DNA from: Rhina ancylostomus
Lineage: Eukaryota
Assembly (NCBI GenBank): GCA_030265395.1
Contig: JARFYF010000050.1
Coordinates: 17,729,051-17,793,050, forward strand
Length of the DNA: 64,000 bases
Reading direction: 5' to 3'
This document shows, piece by piece, positions 13,139 through 27,394 of this stretch; the stretch's first letter is position 1; each line of letters starts with the position of its first letter. The notes under the pieces were generated by a model. The model searched no databases. It had not been told where the DNA came from and saw only the letters and a program-made list of their open reading frames with translations. The translations under genes were made by a program, and so were the position numbers.

Positions 13139-14499
13139 GATTTCCTAATTTGATAATTGTAACATTTTGGGTTACCACTCTTAAGTGATCTGACCTTACC
13201 TAAAAAATCAGATTACTCAGCTGACATGCATGTAAATGTGTTTGTTATACATATTAATGTAATATATCAGAAACATTCAAATTACATCAGGAAGCAGTAA
13301 ATCATTTTTTTAAACAGCCCTAGTACATTATAAATCTTGTGGTGAAAGTATTGGTGGTATTTCAGCATAAGTTCCTTTCAGAAATGATTTTAACAGAAAC
13401 AAATTGAAATTTTGCCACTGTAATTTGCCAGAAATTTATTTATTCTGATTGTACAAGGCAAGTATAGATTTTATCAGAAGCAAATCTGTATAAATTTTTT
13501 TCAGATGAAAATGCCCAAGATCGTAGTAGACACAATACATTCAATAATGGGCATTCAATAATCTTACATTGGTATAGTTCTAGAAAGCAAACATATAGAT
13601 GGATCTGTGTCATGCCGAGTGGTATGTGATCTGTGGTATGCCAAGTGTTATTTTCAAGATTGTTTATTACTTAGCATTTAATTTCAGAAATGTTGTGCAA
13701 GTATATTTGGAGCTACTGGATTAGATTTTTTTTAAATTTGATGGGATCATACGGATGGGTTTGCTCTATAGCAATAAAGCAGTAGCTGCCATTCATGACA
13801 AGCATTTGCCCACAGATTTCTTCTGGAATCTTCCACTGGAATTTACTGTAAATGGAAAGCCATTTTGGTGTCAAAGACATAGTATGAACTCTGTGTCTCT
13901 TTATCAGACTGAAGTATTGGCAATATGGAACACTGATTCTGAGCCATGAATGGTTGGTGGCTCTAATATCAAAGTGCATATGGAGTTGGATAGAAAAATA
14001 GGATTAGGAGGAAGGACACGAGATGAAGAAATTGTACTATTCATATCTATTTCTTACTATGTTATTTTATGATAATACCCGTTGACATTGCTGATGTCTT
14101 AGAGATGGCATAAGATAAGATATCTTTATTAGTCACATGTACATCGAAACACAGTGAAATACATCATCTTTTCATGGGCATATGAGTGGGAAAATAGCCT
14201 GTACCAAAGAAAGTCAATTTAGTCAGAAAATGCAATTTGAAGAGTGGAGGAAATAGAACATCTCACAGAAACAGCAGTAGCTTCTGCCTATAAAAGGCAA
14301 TTTCTCCAGAAAAGTGGAGTGAGTGGAAGAGAGTTACTTAAAACTCAATTTCAGTCACTTAACTCTTATTACCAGTCTTGATTGTAGAGCACCCATTCAC
14401 CTTCACTCTGGCTGGCTTGGANNNNNNNNNNNNNNNNNNNNNNNNNNNNNNNNNNNNNNNNNNNNNNNNNNNNNNNNNNNNNNNNNNNNNNNNNNNNNN

Positions 14500-14690
14500 A
14501 AACATAGTGATTGTACTGATTCCACCAACTTCTCTGACAGCGAGTTCCAGATGTCAACCACTCTCTGTGTAAAGTTTGCCTCAAATCCCCCTTAAATCTC
14601 CTTCCATTCACCTTAAACTTGTATTTTTGACACATGGGAAAAGTATTCTGACTATCTACCGTATCTATGCCTCTTATAACTTTACATATG
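14500..14690 (-). mobile_element. CR1 3' fragment next to gap
   Basis: Minus strand KFKVNGRRFKGDLR; ttccaccaacttctctgacagcgagttcca. Confidence 0.75.
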
Positions 14691-15687
14691 AAATTGTTAC
14701 TCTATGCAGGAGCTTAAAATTCTAACAATAATTAAACACTGAAGAAGTGAGACCACATTTGGAAAAAGGAATTTTCAGTGCCAATTAGATTGTTTGGCAG
14801 TAATTCAAAAGTAGAACCATTAAAAATCACTTACATATGAATTGATGTAGAAGCTTAAATATCATAAGTGAAAAAAATAAAAATTAAGTTATTATTTTAA
14901 AATCAATGGAATAATTGTTAAGAGGAAATTATATGCCACCCATAGAAATTTAGTTTTTCAGCCAGAGAAGTTGTTCATTAGTAATTACGGCTTACTAACC
15001 AATTAAAAATACATCATTCAACATTTTAGTTATTATATTGAAACAGTAGTACATGAAAAGTTGAAGTTTGTGACAAATCAGTGGGTTTTATTTTTTGCTG
15101 GTTGTCTTGGCAAAGATTGCGTTTTGGAGAGGAATAGAGTATCATTGGCTGCAACCTCTGTATTTTCATGTTTAACAACACGTCCTGATACCAGAAGTTG
15201 CCTTCAGTCTAAAAGAGCAAAGTCGGTGAATGTTCACAGTTTAGTCATCATTTCTATCACAAATTTCACTCCGTTATTTTTTGAGATTAGTTTTTAAAGC
15301 CTTCCTTATTTTCCAATTTTCTCTCACTTATTATTCTTGGGGTTCAAAATGTCCTCCTTTAATTTTCTTCAGTTTTGAGAATAATTTGATATTCGTTAAT
15401 GTATTCAAACTGTGCACAGAAGGTGATATGGGATGGAATAGTTGTACCTTAATGTCATTCAAGATTTTGATAGGTTTAATGTAGATTTATTGAAATACAG
15501 GATGTGGTTGAAGTTAGCATCATTGCAACTTTTAAGGGAAAATTAGATCAACTATTGAAATATTAAGGGAGCAGTTTAAAAATAATAATAGAAAAGACAC
15601 GAGCTGGCTGTAAACACCAATATTTCTATAGCTAATAGAACTGCAGAAAAAGTAAAGCTCAACCAAAATCATCATAGCAAAAGAACA

Positions 15688-15800
15688 ATGAATGCTGGAA
15701 GTCTGAAATAAAAAACAAAGATGCTGGAAATACTCAGCAGGTCAGTCAACATCCATGGAGAGAGAAACAGAATTAACGATTCAGGCCAATGATCTCTCTA
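15688..15800 (-). mobile_element. Penelope-like terminal repeat remnant
   Basis: gatgctggaaatactcagcaggtcagtcaacatccatggagagagaaacagaattaacg is the reverse complement of the 60805-60870 motif. Confidence 0.7.
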
Positions 15801-18169
15801 TTATTTTCTGTTTTATTTATCACAGTTATGTTTATGCAGGCAAGTTTTTCCAATTTACTCAGCAACTTGCATTTACAAATGTATTAACATAGCAACAGAA
15901 TTGCTAACAGTTATTTAAAAAAAGCCAATGAGCCAAAGATGGAGGGATTGAGAGAGACTCCAATGCTTGATCATATGTTGGGTTTTAACCAGAGTCTTTA
16001 ATGAGGAGATAAATGCCTTGAGGCTTTAGGGAGGGAACTTTTAAATAACTGAAAGCTCAGCAAACAGACACAAGTGCATCAATGGAACTCAGAGGAATAG
16101 TAAGTTTAAATTTGCAATATATTCCCATTTTGCAAAATTCATTTTGAGATTACAGTTTAGTGAAAAGTAGAGTTTTGTATTTTAACAGTTTACACCTTTC
16201 TCAGACTTAAATTCTGACCAAATATTATTCACTAAGAGAATTCTGAGAGCCTTTGACATAACCTCATTCGTTCCAGTTGGTTCATCCCTCTGCCTTCGCC
16301 TTGACTGATTCAGAGTTGAAATAAGGATGCCAGCTGCTGCTTGGCTGCAGGATAACAAGAAAACATTGATAGCCAGTGAACAAAGCATATGTCCTTCATC
16401 TGTAACAACTGTCCTTGACCATTGAAAGATATTCATATTTTGACTCCCAGTTGTGGTGTGACTCAGTATTCTTGTCCTTCACATTCTCTGCCTCCTTTCA
16501 TCTATAAAACCATTATTAAAATTTAATTTCATTGTGTCCGGCTTTCATAAATAACAAATGAAGTGACTGTCATATTACATGTAATAAATCCTTAATTTTT
16601 TTATTAAATGCCTGTCAATTTAGATTTGCCTTATTGAAAGCATAAAAGAATTAGAGAAAATTAAATTTCGTTCAATTTCAAATTCACTTAAATTTGAATT
16701 TGTGTTGGTTTGCACCAATACTTTAGTGCTGCACTAAAAATGGTTGAAGGTTAAATTCTGCCAGATCTATGAAAGTTTATGCATAATTTGTGGGTCACAG
16801 TTGGATAACTCATAAATAAACTCTTTCCTCACTGATCAGCTGTTCCCAGATGATAGCTTTTGCAGAACCCCTGGTCAGTTACACAAGGAATTGTTACAAG
16901 TCTGGATAACTAATTTTGTGATACAACTCCCTGCTTCATCTTTCAGTGAGCAAGTGCACTGGAGTAATTTTAAGTCCAATTTCCATTTTTTTTTCATGCT
17001 GGATGTCCAAGTTTCTACAGCCTGCATTGATGCTTCATAATGCACATAAATTGCCTCCATCAATTTGTGCATTTTTAAGTTGCTAGTAATAAGATTTTGC
17101 TTTAGGATCTGACCATCAGTGAGGCAACAGAGATTATTTTAAAAAATTCCCATCCTTTAAGGTGGCAATATCAACAAGGTNNNNNNNNNNNNNNNNNNNN
17201 NNNNNNNNNNNNNNNNNNNNNNNNNNNNNNNNNNNNNNNNNNNNNNNNNNNNNNNNNNNNNNNNNNNNNNNNNNNNNNNNNNNNNNNNNNNNNNNNNNNN
17301 NNNNNNNNNNNNNNNNNNNNNNNNNNNNNNNNNNNNNNNNNNNNNNNNNNNNNNNNNNNNNNNNNNNNNNNNNNNNNNNNNNNNNNNNNNNNNNNNNNNN
17401 NNNNNNNNNNNNNNNNNNNNNNNNNNNNNNNNNNNNNNNNNNNNNNNNNNNNNNNNNNNNNNNNNNNNNNNNNNNNNNNNNNNNNNNNNNNNNNNNNNNN
17501 NNNNNNNNNNNNNNNNNNNNNNNNNNNNNNNNNNNNNNNNNNNNNNNNNNNNNNNNNNNNNNNNNNNNNNNNNNNNNNNNNNNNNNNNNNNNNNNNNNNN
17601 NNNNNNNNNNNNNNNNNNNNNNNNNNNNNNNNNNNNNNNNNNNNNNNNNNNNNNNNNNNNNNNNNNNNNNNNNNNNNNNNNNNNNNNNNNNNNNNNNNNN
17701 NNNNNNNNNNNNNNNNNNNNNNNNNNNNNNNNNNNNNNNNNNNNNNNNNNNNNNNNNNNNNNNNNNNNNNNNNNNNNNNNCATGGAATCCATGTGCTGGA
17801 CAACAAGGCATTAATGGAGCCAAATTGAGGACCAGAACTCAGAACCATGACATTGTGTCATGTGCACAGTTTATTCTCAGATACAACCTTACAGAACATT
17901 TAACCAAATGACGTGGAGAAGCGAGATCAGTGTGGAGTGTGTAATATGCTGCGGCATTTCGAGACTATCTCGACAGTGTGGACTGTCTCAAGATTAGTGA
18001 CTATGTAATGTCAATGGCCACTTAGTAATGCTCTTTCCCATAAGTTAAAACATTCTCTCTGTATCCATTCCATCAAAACCCTTTGTAATTTTAAAGAAAT
18101 TGTTATCCCTCAGTCTTCCTTTTCAAGATAAGAGAACTAGTCAGATCATCCTGTCCTGATATTTACTGC

Positions 18170-20370
18170 ACAGAGTACAGTGAGAAGGCAGGACAACAAT
18201 AGCTTGGCAAAGGAACCTTGGATGACGAGAGAGGTGGTAATTTAGTCAAGAAGAAAAAGGAAGAATATGTCGGGTTTAGGAAGCTAAAATCAAACAGAGC
18301 CCTTGAGGATTATAAAGAAGCCAGAAAAGAACTCAAGAAGGGAATCAGGAAAACCAGGAGGGGCCATGAAAAGTCCTTGGCAAGTAGAATTAAGGAGAAT
18401 CCCGAGGCATTCTATACATTATATCAAGAACAAGAGGATAACCAGAGAGTGGGTAGACTACATAAGGATAAAGGAGAGAACATGTGTTTGGAAGTGCAAG
18501 GTGTGGGAGAGGTCCTAAATGAGTACTTTGCATCAGTATTTGCCAAGGAGAAGGATGTGGAGGATAGGGAGATCAGTGTGGAGCGTGCTGATACACAAGA
18601 ACATTTTGAGATAAAGGAGGATTGTTGGGTCTCTTAAAGAACATTGGGATGGATAAGTGCCCAGAGCCTAATGGGATATAACCCAGGTTACTGAGAGAGG
18701 CAAGAGATGAGATTGCTGGGGCCATGACTAAGATCTTTATGTCCTCGCTAGCCATGGGTGAGGTCCTAGAGAACTGGCGAATAATGTTGTTCCATTATTC
18801 AAGAAAGGAAGTAGAGATAGTCATGGAAACTATAGTGAGTTTCACGTCAGTGGTAGGGAAGTTACTGGAGGGGATTCTTAGGAATAGGATTTTTGAGCAT
18901 TTGAAAAACCATGGCCTAATTAGGGACAGTCAGCATGGCTTTCTGCAGGACAAGTCATGTCTTACTAACTTGATTGAGTTTTTTGAGGAGGTGACAAAAG
19001 TGATTGATGAAGGTAGAGCTGTGGATGTTATCTGCATGGATTGTGGTAAGGTGTTTGACGAGGTTTCTCATGAGAGGCTCATCCAGAAGATTAAGATGCA
19101 TGGGGCCCAGGGTGAATTGGCTGTTTGGATTCAGAATTGGCTTGCTTATAGAAGACAGAGGGTAGTGGTTGATGGGATTTATTTTGGCTGGATGTCTGTG
19201 ACTAGTGTTGTTCCTCAGGGATCTGTACTGGGACCTCTGCTGTTTGTGATGTATATTAGTGACCTGAATGAAAACGTAGATAGGTGGATTAGGAATTTTG
19301 CAGACGATATGAAGGTTGGTGGTGAATAGCATAGAAGACTGGCAGAGGATATAGCGGGATATAGATCAGTTGCAGATGTGGGTGGAGAAATGGCAAATGG
19401 AGTTTAACCTGGCCAAATGTGAACTGTTGCACTTTGGGAGTCAAATGTAAAGAGACAGTACACTGTTAATAGTAAGAACCTTAACAGTGTTGATGTGCAG
19501 AGGGATTTTGGGGTCCAAGTCCTTAGTTCCCTGAAAGTAGCTATGCAGGTTGTTAGGGTGGTAAAGGAGGCATGTAGCATGCTTGCCTTTATTAGTCGAG
19601 GAACTGAGTTCAAGAGTCAGGAAGTTATGTTGCAGCTTTATGAAGCTCTAGTTAGGCGGCATCTGGAGTATTGCATTCAATTCTGGTCACCCCATTACAA
19701 GAAGGATGTGGAGGCTTTGGAGAGGGTGCAGAAGAGGTTTACCAGGATGCTACCTGGATTAGAGAGCATGCACTATAAGGAGAGGTTGGACAAACTTGGT
19801 TTGGTTTCTCTGGAGTGGTGGAGGCTGAAGGGAGATCTGATAGNNNNNNNNNNNNNNNNNNNNNNNNNNNNNNNNNNNNNNNNNNNNNNNNNNNNNNNNN
19901 NNNNNNNNNNNNNNNNNNNNNNNNNNNNNNNNNNNNNNNNNNNGAGAGGTTGGACAAACTTGGGTTGGTTTCTCTGGAGTGGTGGAGGCTGAAGGGAGAT
20001 CTGATAGAGGTATAAGGTTATGAGAGGCATAGATAGAGTGGACAGCTGGTATCTTTTTCCCAGGATTGAAATGTCTAATACCAGAGGGCATGCATTTAAG
20101 CTGAGAGGGAACAAGTTTTTTTACACAGAGAGCGGTGGGTGCCTGGAATGCACTGCTAGGGGTGGTGGTGGTGGAGGCAGATACAACAGAGGCATTCAAG
20201 AGGCTCTTAGGCACAAAATGTGTAGGAAATGGAGGGATATGGGTATTGTGTAGGCAGAAGGGATTCGTTTGGTTGGGCATTTGATTACTAATTTAATTAG
20301 TTCGGCACAACATTGTGGGCCAAAGGGCCTGTTTCTGTGCTGTAATGTCCTTGTTTCATGTTCTCTGAAT
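18170..20370 (+). mobile_element. CR1-clade LINE, 5'-truncated decayed ORF2 with reverse transcriptase
   Basis: SQHGF, SCLTNLIEFFEEVT, VPQGSVLGPLLF, FADD and LEYCIQFWSPHY motifs; several stops/frameshifts; 3' tail gggccaaagggcctgtttctgtgctgta. Confidence 0.96.
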
Positions 20371-23214
20371 ACAATTCTAACAAATTTACTTCTGAAACTG
20401 TCTCATCGAGGTTTGAACTTAGTATATGAGAGTGAACTACTAATCATTGATAACAGGTACTTTGCCAGTTTCACTGCTTCTCTGAATTGTCTTAAGTAAA
20501 ACTGGAGAAAGGATGCCAGTTGAGCAAAACATAAAGTTTTAAAGAAACATTTGCCAAAAGTCCACAGATTCTGCTAAAGTTAATAGGAAATACCTCTTTC
20601 ATAATTTGGCTACTGAGCCACTCATTCAATGGATGCCCCAGTGTTGATACCACTGGCATCAATTTAGTATTGGAAATATCCAAATATATATGGCAGGCTG
20701 CTTGGGAGAGGGTTGGGGCAGATGATAAAGACAGGTCCATCTTACAAGAGCATATTCCAGAAAGTCTTCATCTATGACATTTTTCCTGAACTTGTCTGAT
20801 GAGCAATGTCATCACAGTGCCCGGCTTTCAAAACTGGTCATCACAGAGGTGTGTCAAAATCTTTTGAGATGACCTTTAGTCATGTCCTCATGCCCACACT
20901 ACTCTCACTGTGGTAGTCCGGCTGTAGAGTTCTTCGATCGCATTAAGCAGCCGCAATAGTTCAATGCTATATTTATCAACTTGCTGCTTACTGCAGTATC
21001 AGAGAGGTCACCCAAGCTCTCCAATCACACGAGAAGGACTTCATTTTTTTTTATTTTGTTGAGGAGAAAGTGGCATGTTGGGCACTGGGATTTTCATTTC
21101 TCTGGGGTGAAGTTTAAGCTGTACAAGTACCACGTTTCACTTGTGTGACAGCTCATTTTCCAACACAAGGAAATGTATTTCACCAGTGCAACTGCTTCTG
21201 GTAACAAACCAATCTATAAAGAGAAGTTCTGAGAGAACAGGCAGTATAGGGCAGCTGCTTCATTTCACCATGCAACTTTGATCATGTTTCTTAATCTCTC
21301 ATTAGCATCCCTGCACAGAGGTGCTCATTATAAGTACATGTATTAGAAGAGCAGACCAAGAAAGAAAGATGAATCCTGAGAAAGGAATCAACTTTATGTT
21401 GAAGGCCATCCTCAGTCATTGGTAGAATAACATGGCAGCTATGGCAACAGTGAAATTATTTCACAATCCAATGCTCTGCTGATGTGAGGAAATCATTTCT
21501 AATGGAAAAAAGCATCTCTTGCTGTCTAATGGCTTGAGCATAAAGTGCACAACATTAGCAACCCTGCTAAATGAAGCTTCACAGGTATAGACATGAGAAA
21601 CATGAGTAGGTTATATATTTCCTTGAGCCTGTACCACCATTCAGTAAGATAATGATTGCCTGATCTCTAAAACCCTTGCATTTGCCCCAATTTTATGTAC
21701 TTAATAATTTAACATCCACCACAGTTCACTGAGGTAAACAGTTTGAAGATTCTCAGATCCCAGAGGGGGAAGGTTACCAGTCTTGTGGTCAGTATGCACT
21801 TAAGATCTAGGGACCTGTCCTCAGGGAAATTTCTTTTCAAGTTTCAGAGAGTTGTATATGTCTCAAAGAGAGTGTAGGCTAATTCTGCAGCAAGGTCAAC
21901 ATCTGCTGCACCGGTAAGATTTACCTCTGCACGCTGAAGGCTGTTATGTGTTCATGCATTTGAATATTTGCTAATATTNNNNNNNNNNNNNNNNNNNNNN
22001 NNNNNNNNNNNAATGCATAAGTGGAAAATCATGATATTTTTCGGTACACACCCTAGCCTCGTCATTACTATTTTACAAATCTTTTAATTGGTTTAATTGT
22101 CCAAGCAGAGTTCCTTCTGTGGCTGCTCTCTGGCTGCTGGGAGGCTGCTCCTTTTCACTGGGTTTGCACTGATGTCCTTAATGACCCATGAGACCACTGC
22201 CAGAAGCAGTCAGAGCTGGTTAGCTGTGGGGAACAGCTGAATNNNNNNNNNNGGCCTTGTGAGTGAAGAGAGAGAAGATCTGACCCTGCACACTAGATGA
22301 CCTTTGTAGCATCAACAATAGTGCTGCAGTCTGCTGGCACTCAGACGAAACTCCAAGCATCAGTCCCAAAGCTGGCCCAGCTGATAGGCGTCATGTCTCT
22401 GCTCTCATTCTTTTTCTTGGAGTCAGCTGTTTATACAGTCTTCGCTGGACTCTACTTGTTATGGAGAGATGTGTGAGTGAGGGGATTTAACTCTTCCTGC
22501 AGAAGAGGAATTCTTGCACACCATACTTTTGCTCAAGTAGGAAGGAAGCCTGCTCATGTGTGACATCACTCTGTTAATGCAGGAGAGCAGTCNNNNNNNN
22601 NNNNNNNNNNNNNNNNNNNNNNNNNNNNNNNNNNNNNNNNNNNNNNNNNNNNNNNNNNNNNNNNNNNNNNNNNNNNNNNNNNNNNNNNNNNNNNNNNNNN
22701 NNNNNNNNNNNNNNNNNNNNNNNNNNNNNNNNNNNNNNNNNNNNNNNNNNNNNNNNNNNNNNNNNNNNNNNNNNNNNNNNNNNNNNNNNNNNNNNNNNNN
22801 NNNNNNNNNNNNNNNNNNNNNNNNNNNNNNNNNNNNNNNNNNNNNNNNNNNNNNNNNNNNNNNNNNNNNNNNNNNNNNNNNNNNNNNNNNNNNNNNNNNN
22901 NNNNNNNNNNNNNNNNNNNNNNNNNNNNNNNNNNNNNNNNNNNNNNNNNNNNNNNNNNNNNNNAGTAATGACAAAGCACGAACCATCTAAGTGTGCATCC
23001 CACATCAGCCTTGTCATCAGGGAATCCAGTTCTGGATTTGATTTGAGTCCTCGGGGCTAATACCAAAGCACAAAACCCTGCAGTCTGGCTCCAGGTTCAC
23101 TTCACCTGATACCAGACTGCAGCCTGCTTGAGCCGAATATATTTCCTCCACATTCCCATCCACCCCATTTTGACCATATTGCCAGTCTCTGAGATGGTGC
23201 CATGAAATGGTAGA

Positions 23215-23462
23215 GTGGTACAGCAAAAATCAGGCTGAATCTATTGGCCACATTAATTCCGGATCCCTCTATGCCTTGCTCATTCAAATCGAAATGCCTC
23301 TTAAATGTTGTTACTGATACTGCCTCCAGCACCATGTCTGGCAGCTCATTCCAAACACCAACTACTCTGTGTGAAAAATTTACCCCTCAGATCCCCTTTA
23401 AACCTCCTCACTTTCATCATAAACCCTTGCCTCCTAGTTTTAGATACCCCTACCATGGGAAA
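23215..23462 (-). mobile_element. CR1 3' fragment
   Basis: cctcttaaatgttgttactgatactgcctccagcaccatgtctggcagctcattcc; minus strand VLEAVSVTTFKRH. Confidence 0.8.
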
Positions 23463-26400
23463 CACAAGTATCAGCACAATGCCACACTTTGGTCAGCGAC
23501 ATGCCCATCGCCATGCTCCTCCTGCTCCATGTCCTGGTGTTCTGGTGAGAGGGAATCAGGGGCTTCAGCCAAACCATGACAAGATAGGGCAGAAGATAAC
23601 TGTACTTATAAACTGTTCCCTGAGTATCTTTATAGTGATGAAGATATGTGGGAAAGTTCAAAGGAGTTGGAGTAATCATCATGAAACATTGTTAACAGGC
23701 ATTCCTGGCAGATGTAATAAAGTGGTGGATGGGGCTCTGTGTTCCCTCTGCATGTCTCCTCCAGGGTGATGAGACTCCATTTCCTTGAAGGTGGCCTCAT
23801 TCCTCAGTGTTTCAGAAGATGAATGACATTGAGTCGTCTTTTCATCGTACTACTTTGAAGGCTTAACCTATGTGTGGGGAGTAGAGGGGGTGGATGGTCA
23901 GTGGGGGTGGTAGTGGAAGTGAATGGAAAGACAGCACGAGCATGTATGTGTCTGTATAAGTGCTTCTGGACGGGAGAGCGGTACTATTAGTGCCGTGCAG
24001 ATCACCTTTGCATAGCCTCTGAGATCATGAAACATCTTATTATGTTACTTTGTCATCCAGTGATTCTCACTCCTGGAGGAAATTATTTGAGCCATTTCCC
24101 ATCTAGCTTTTCCTATGGGGCTCTGGAATATCTCCTGGCCCCTTGATTCTCATAGCCTTCCCCCGGCACGTATCTGACTTACCAAGATTTCAATATCACT
24201 CTCCATGAACCTGGCAGCATCTGTGTCCTTCACAACGCTGCTATTTTCCAACCATGTGAAGTGCCTGCATTTACTGGTATTAACAGCCAGAAGAGGCAGC
24301 CAGTTTACTCTCTACAGCTGGTACCCCTCTCTGATTGTGCAGCAAATGTTGGTAGCTACCCTGAATTTTGTGTGGGGTTAGGGTTAGGTTTCATGTCAGG
24401 CCATGAAACATCCTAATGTTGATGCACACATGCTTTTAATTCCTTTCTCGATATTTTGATGGGAGCCCAATTCAGGACTAACGCTCAGGGAACCAATGCA
24501 CCAAAAGTAGATGTATTTCAATTTCCAGAGCATGTTTGTCAAACTGTTGGTTAGAGACAAGGCAGCAAAAGAAAATGTAATAAGTGTCAATCTATCTCCC
24601 CTCTCAAAATGTGTTCTGTGCTACTCATAAAATGTAGGGATCTTAGCACATATAGGAGCTAATATGTGCTTAGAATGCCTAAACATGTTTCACATCCAAC
24701 GACTTATTTTACTTTATGCAAATTTTGCTTTTAAAAGCCACAAAAGGCAATCAATTAATACTTAGTAAGGCCCCGCTAAAGGCAGAAAAGCTTAATGTCA
24801 GTTTCTGATGGTGTTCATTGAACAATTCATACTCAGCAAGATAATTCACAGCAGAAATGTATAAAGCAAAATTATGGCATGTTAACTTAAATCAACAAAC
24901 AGTGCATGGACAACCAGATGCTTACTACTGCTTGCTTAAATTTATTTATGCAACAATAGTGTTGTTAGCCATCTAAGTGACATGTGTTTAGCAAACCTAA
25001 ATTTCAAATATTATTTTCTACCATTAATTGGCACTTATGCCTTTTATTCATGCAAAGGTAATTCATTTTTAATGTGCAATTTGTAGTTTATCAAGAAATC
25101 CATTTCTCTGGTGCAATAAATGCAGACTCAGAATATAATTCAACCCCGAGACAGCTAGTTTTAAATTTAGTTTTTAACTTTGTGGGTCCGAAACACCAGA
25201 TGCATGCCGTGGAATTTCGGGCTTTATATCAAATTTTTACTCCATGATCCCAGTAATTTGCAAATATCTTGAGTTATTGATTCTTTCAGTTCTTGTATTG
25301 TGATTTCAGATCTATCCCTTGATATGAACTGTGCTTAAAGCTGGTCATTTTAAATCCCTAGGTCCGCAAATTATCAATTGTCCAATAAGATGGAGCAGCC
25401 TTTTCTTTTGGAACTTGATTACCAAAGCTCAATGGCTGCAGATTTGAGACTACATTAACCTACTTGATAAATGAAATTTTTGACTTGAGTCCTTGGATTG
25501 GTCTTGAGGCCACGCATAAGATGCTGCAGTGAACTTCCTTGAATGCAGTTCATATTTCTGTGCCTCACCAAAATGCTCGCAAATTGCTTACAAGCCTTCA
25601 GAATGAACATTATAGAGAAGGAGGGCTGAACACAACCCTGTTCTCGCAAAGCCTGAAGGAACCCCGATTAATTTTTCCTTCAGCCAATTCAGGGATGTTG
25701 AGGCCAATTGCAATGGGCCTTTTGCTGGATTAATTGAAGTAATCTTGTGCAAAATGGACCAGCAGTGAACTTGTGCCTTTCCTGTTGTGTATGGCTGAGC
25801 TACTCTTTACTCAAGGGAACATTTGAAGAATTGAAGAATCTCCAACATTCAACATTTTTAAACATATTTTTGTTATTTTATTTCCACCACTCATTGTGTG
25901 AATTGGAGTTGTTTCAAAATACTGTTTGCTTATTTCCAAAAAAAATCAAGCTTTGGAGTCATCTTTTCAACTACTACAAAACTTAATGCAAATCCTTTGT
26001 GAACTGGCCAGGTTTTACCCCAATTTGCCTTGCCTGTTTCTCCCCCAATTATGAACTTCCCTATGTAGCTTGTGGAAAATCACTTCTCAAAGCAACAAAA
26101 ATTTTTTTCAATACATAGTCCCTTAATATACTTCCAAAACAAAGACTTGAAGGAGCTTCCATCTCAAAAGCCCCTATCCCTTCACTTGCACTGGGACATT
26201 GGGAAAAGGCACAATGGGTTCTGCTGACTTTGCTTTTCACTCTGTACTACCTTCTCCACAGGTTCTGACCAATCAATTTCTGTAGAGTCTGCTAGCCTGT
26301 TACCTATTACTGCCTTCAGAAAACTTCCAAACTCTTTCATGAAAGGGATTTATTTTTACAAAATGAACTGTTGTTTCTGTACACATTAATATTGGTGATA

Positions 26401-27176
26401 TCCTGCAGAGCTGGGAAAACCAAGCAGTATGGTAAAACATGGGTAAACTGAGATTAGTAACCCAGATATCAGAATGGATTTGGAAGAGCGTGAAACCTGG
26501 CTGTTATCCAGCAGTGGCATTGCCTTTAGGTGATGCATACCAGATAACCTCACTTTACATACTCGAGTATATACCATTTCCTCTCTCAAATAGATTTTAC
26601 TGTGTTTTATGGAGCAAACTCATTCTAGATGAGCTGGGAAAAATTCTTATTATGTTCCAGCTTGTTTTATTGGTAAAAGCTATTAAAATATCTTGACATG
26701 GATGAATTAGGGTCTCCAATCTGTTGTTATCAAATCTGCTTGAGATGTTCTAATTAATTTATTTTTGTACAGCCTGTAAATTGAGAAATGTTCAAAATAT
26801 TGCCATGTTAGGTATTTTCATCGTGCTCTGCCTGACAAAGACATCCATGACTTTGGAAAACCATATTTCAATTACAGTCCTTGGCAATAATGAGGAAAGA
26901 TTGATATGTAGCACCTTAGTTACTGACCATCAGACAAAAAAGACAACCACAACTCAAATTAATATTATTCATTTATAGTTAGATCTCAGTGTACATAAGT
27001 TTAATGTTTTCCTCAGTAGAAGCTCATTTATATCCGAGAAAACATATATATGGAAATTAGGTGAGGAATTTAATCAATGGGTTTAATAAACTGGTTAAAG
27101 TAGTAGCCTAGGGGTTTCTTTATACCATGTGAAGCATTAATGGAAGTTTAACTTATCAAGTTATTGATGCTGCAGG

Positions 27177-27178
<2 letters not shown>

Positions 27179-27229
<51 letters not shown>
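27179..27229. repeat. (TC)n microsatellite running into a gap
   Basis: About 25 uninterrupted TC units. Confidence 0.98.
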
Positions 27230-27394
27230 NNNNNNNNNNNNNNNNNNNNNNNNNNNNNNNNNNNNNNNNNNNNNNNNNNNNNNNNNNNNNNNNNNNNNNN
27301 NNNNNNNNNNNNNNNNNNNNNNNNNNNNNNNNNNNNNNNNNNNNNNNNNNNNNNNNNNNNNNNNNNNNNNNNNNNNNNNNNNNNNNNNNNNNNN

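Noticed and set aside
18218-19992. Reverse-transcriptase ORFs as an active or domesticated gene, or a retron-like system
   Set aside because: Ordinary CR1 ORF2 with frameshifts, stops and 5' truncation.
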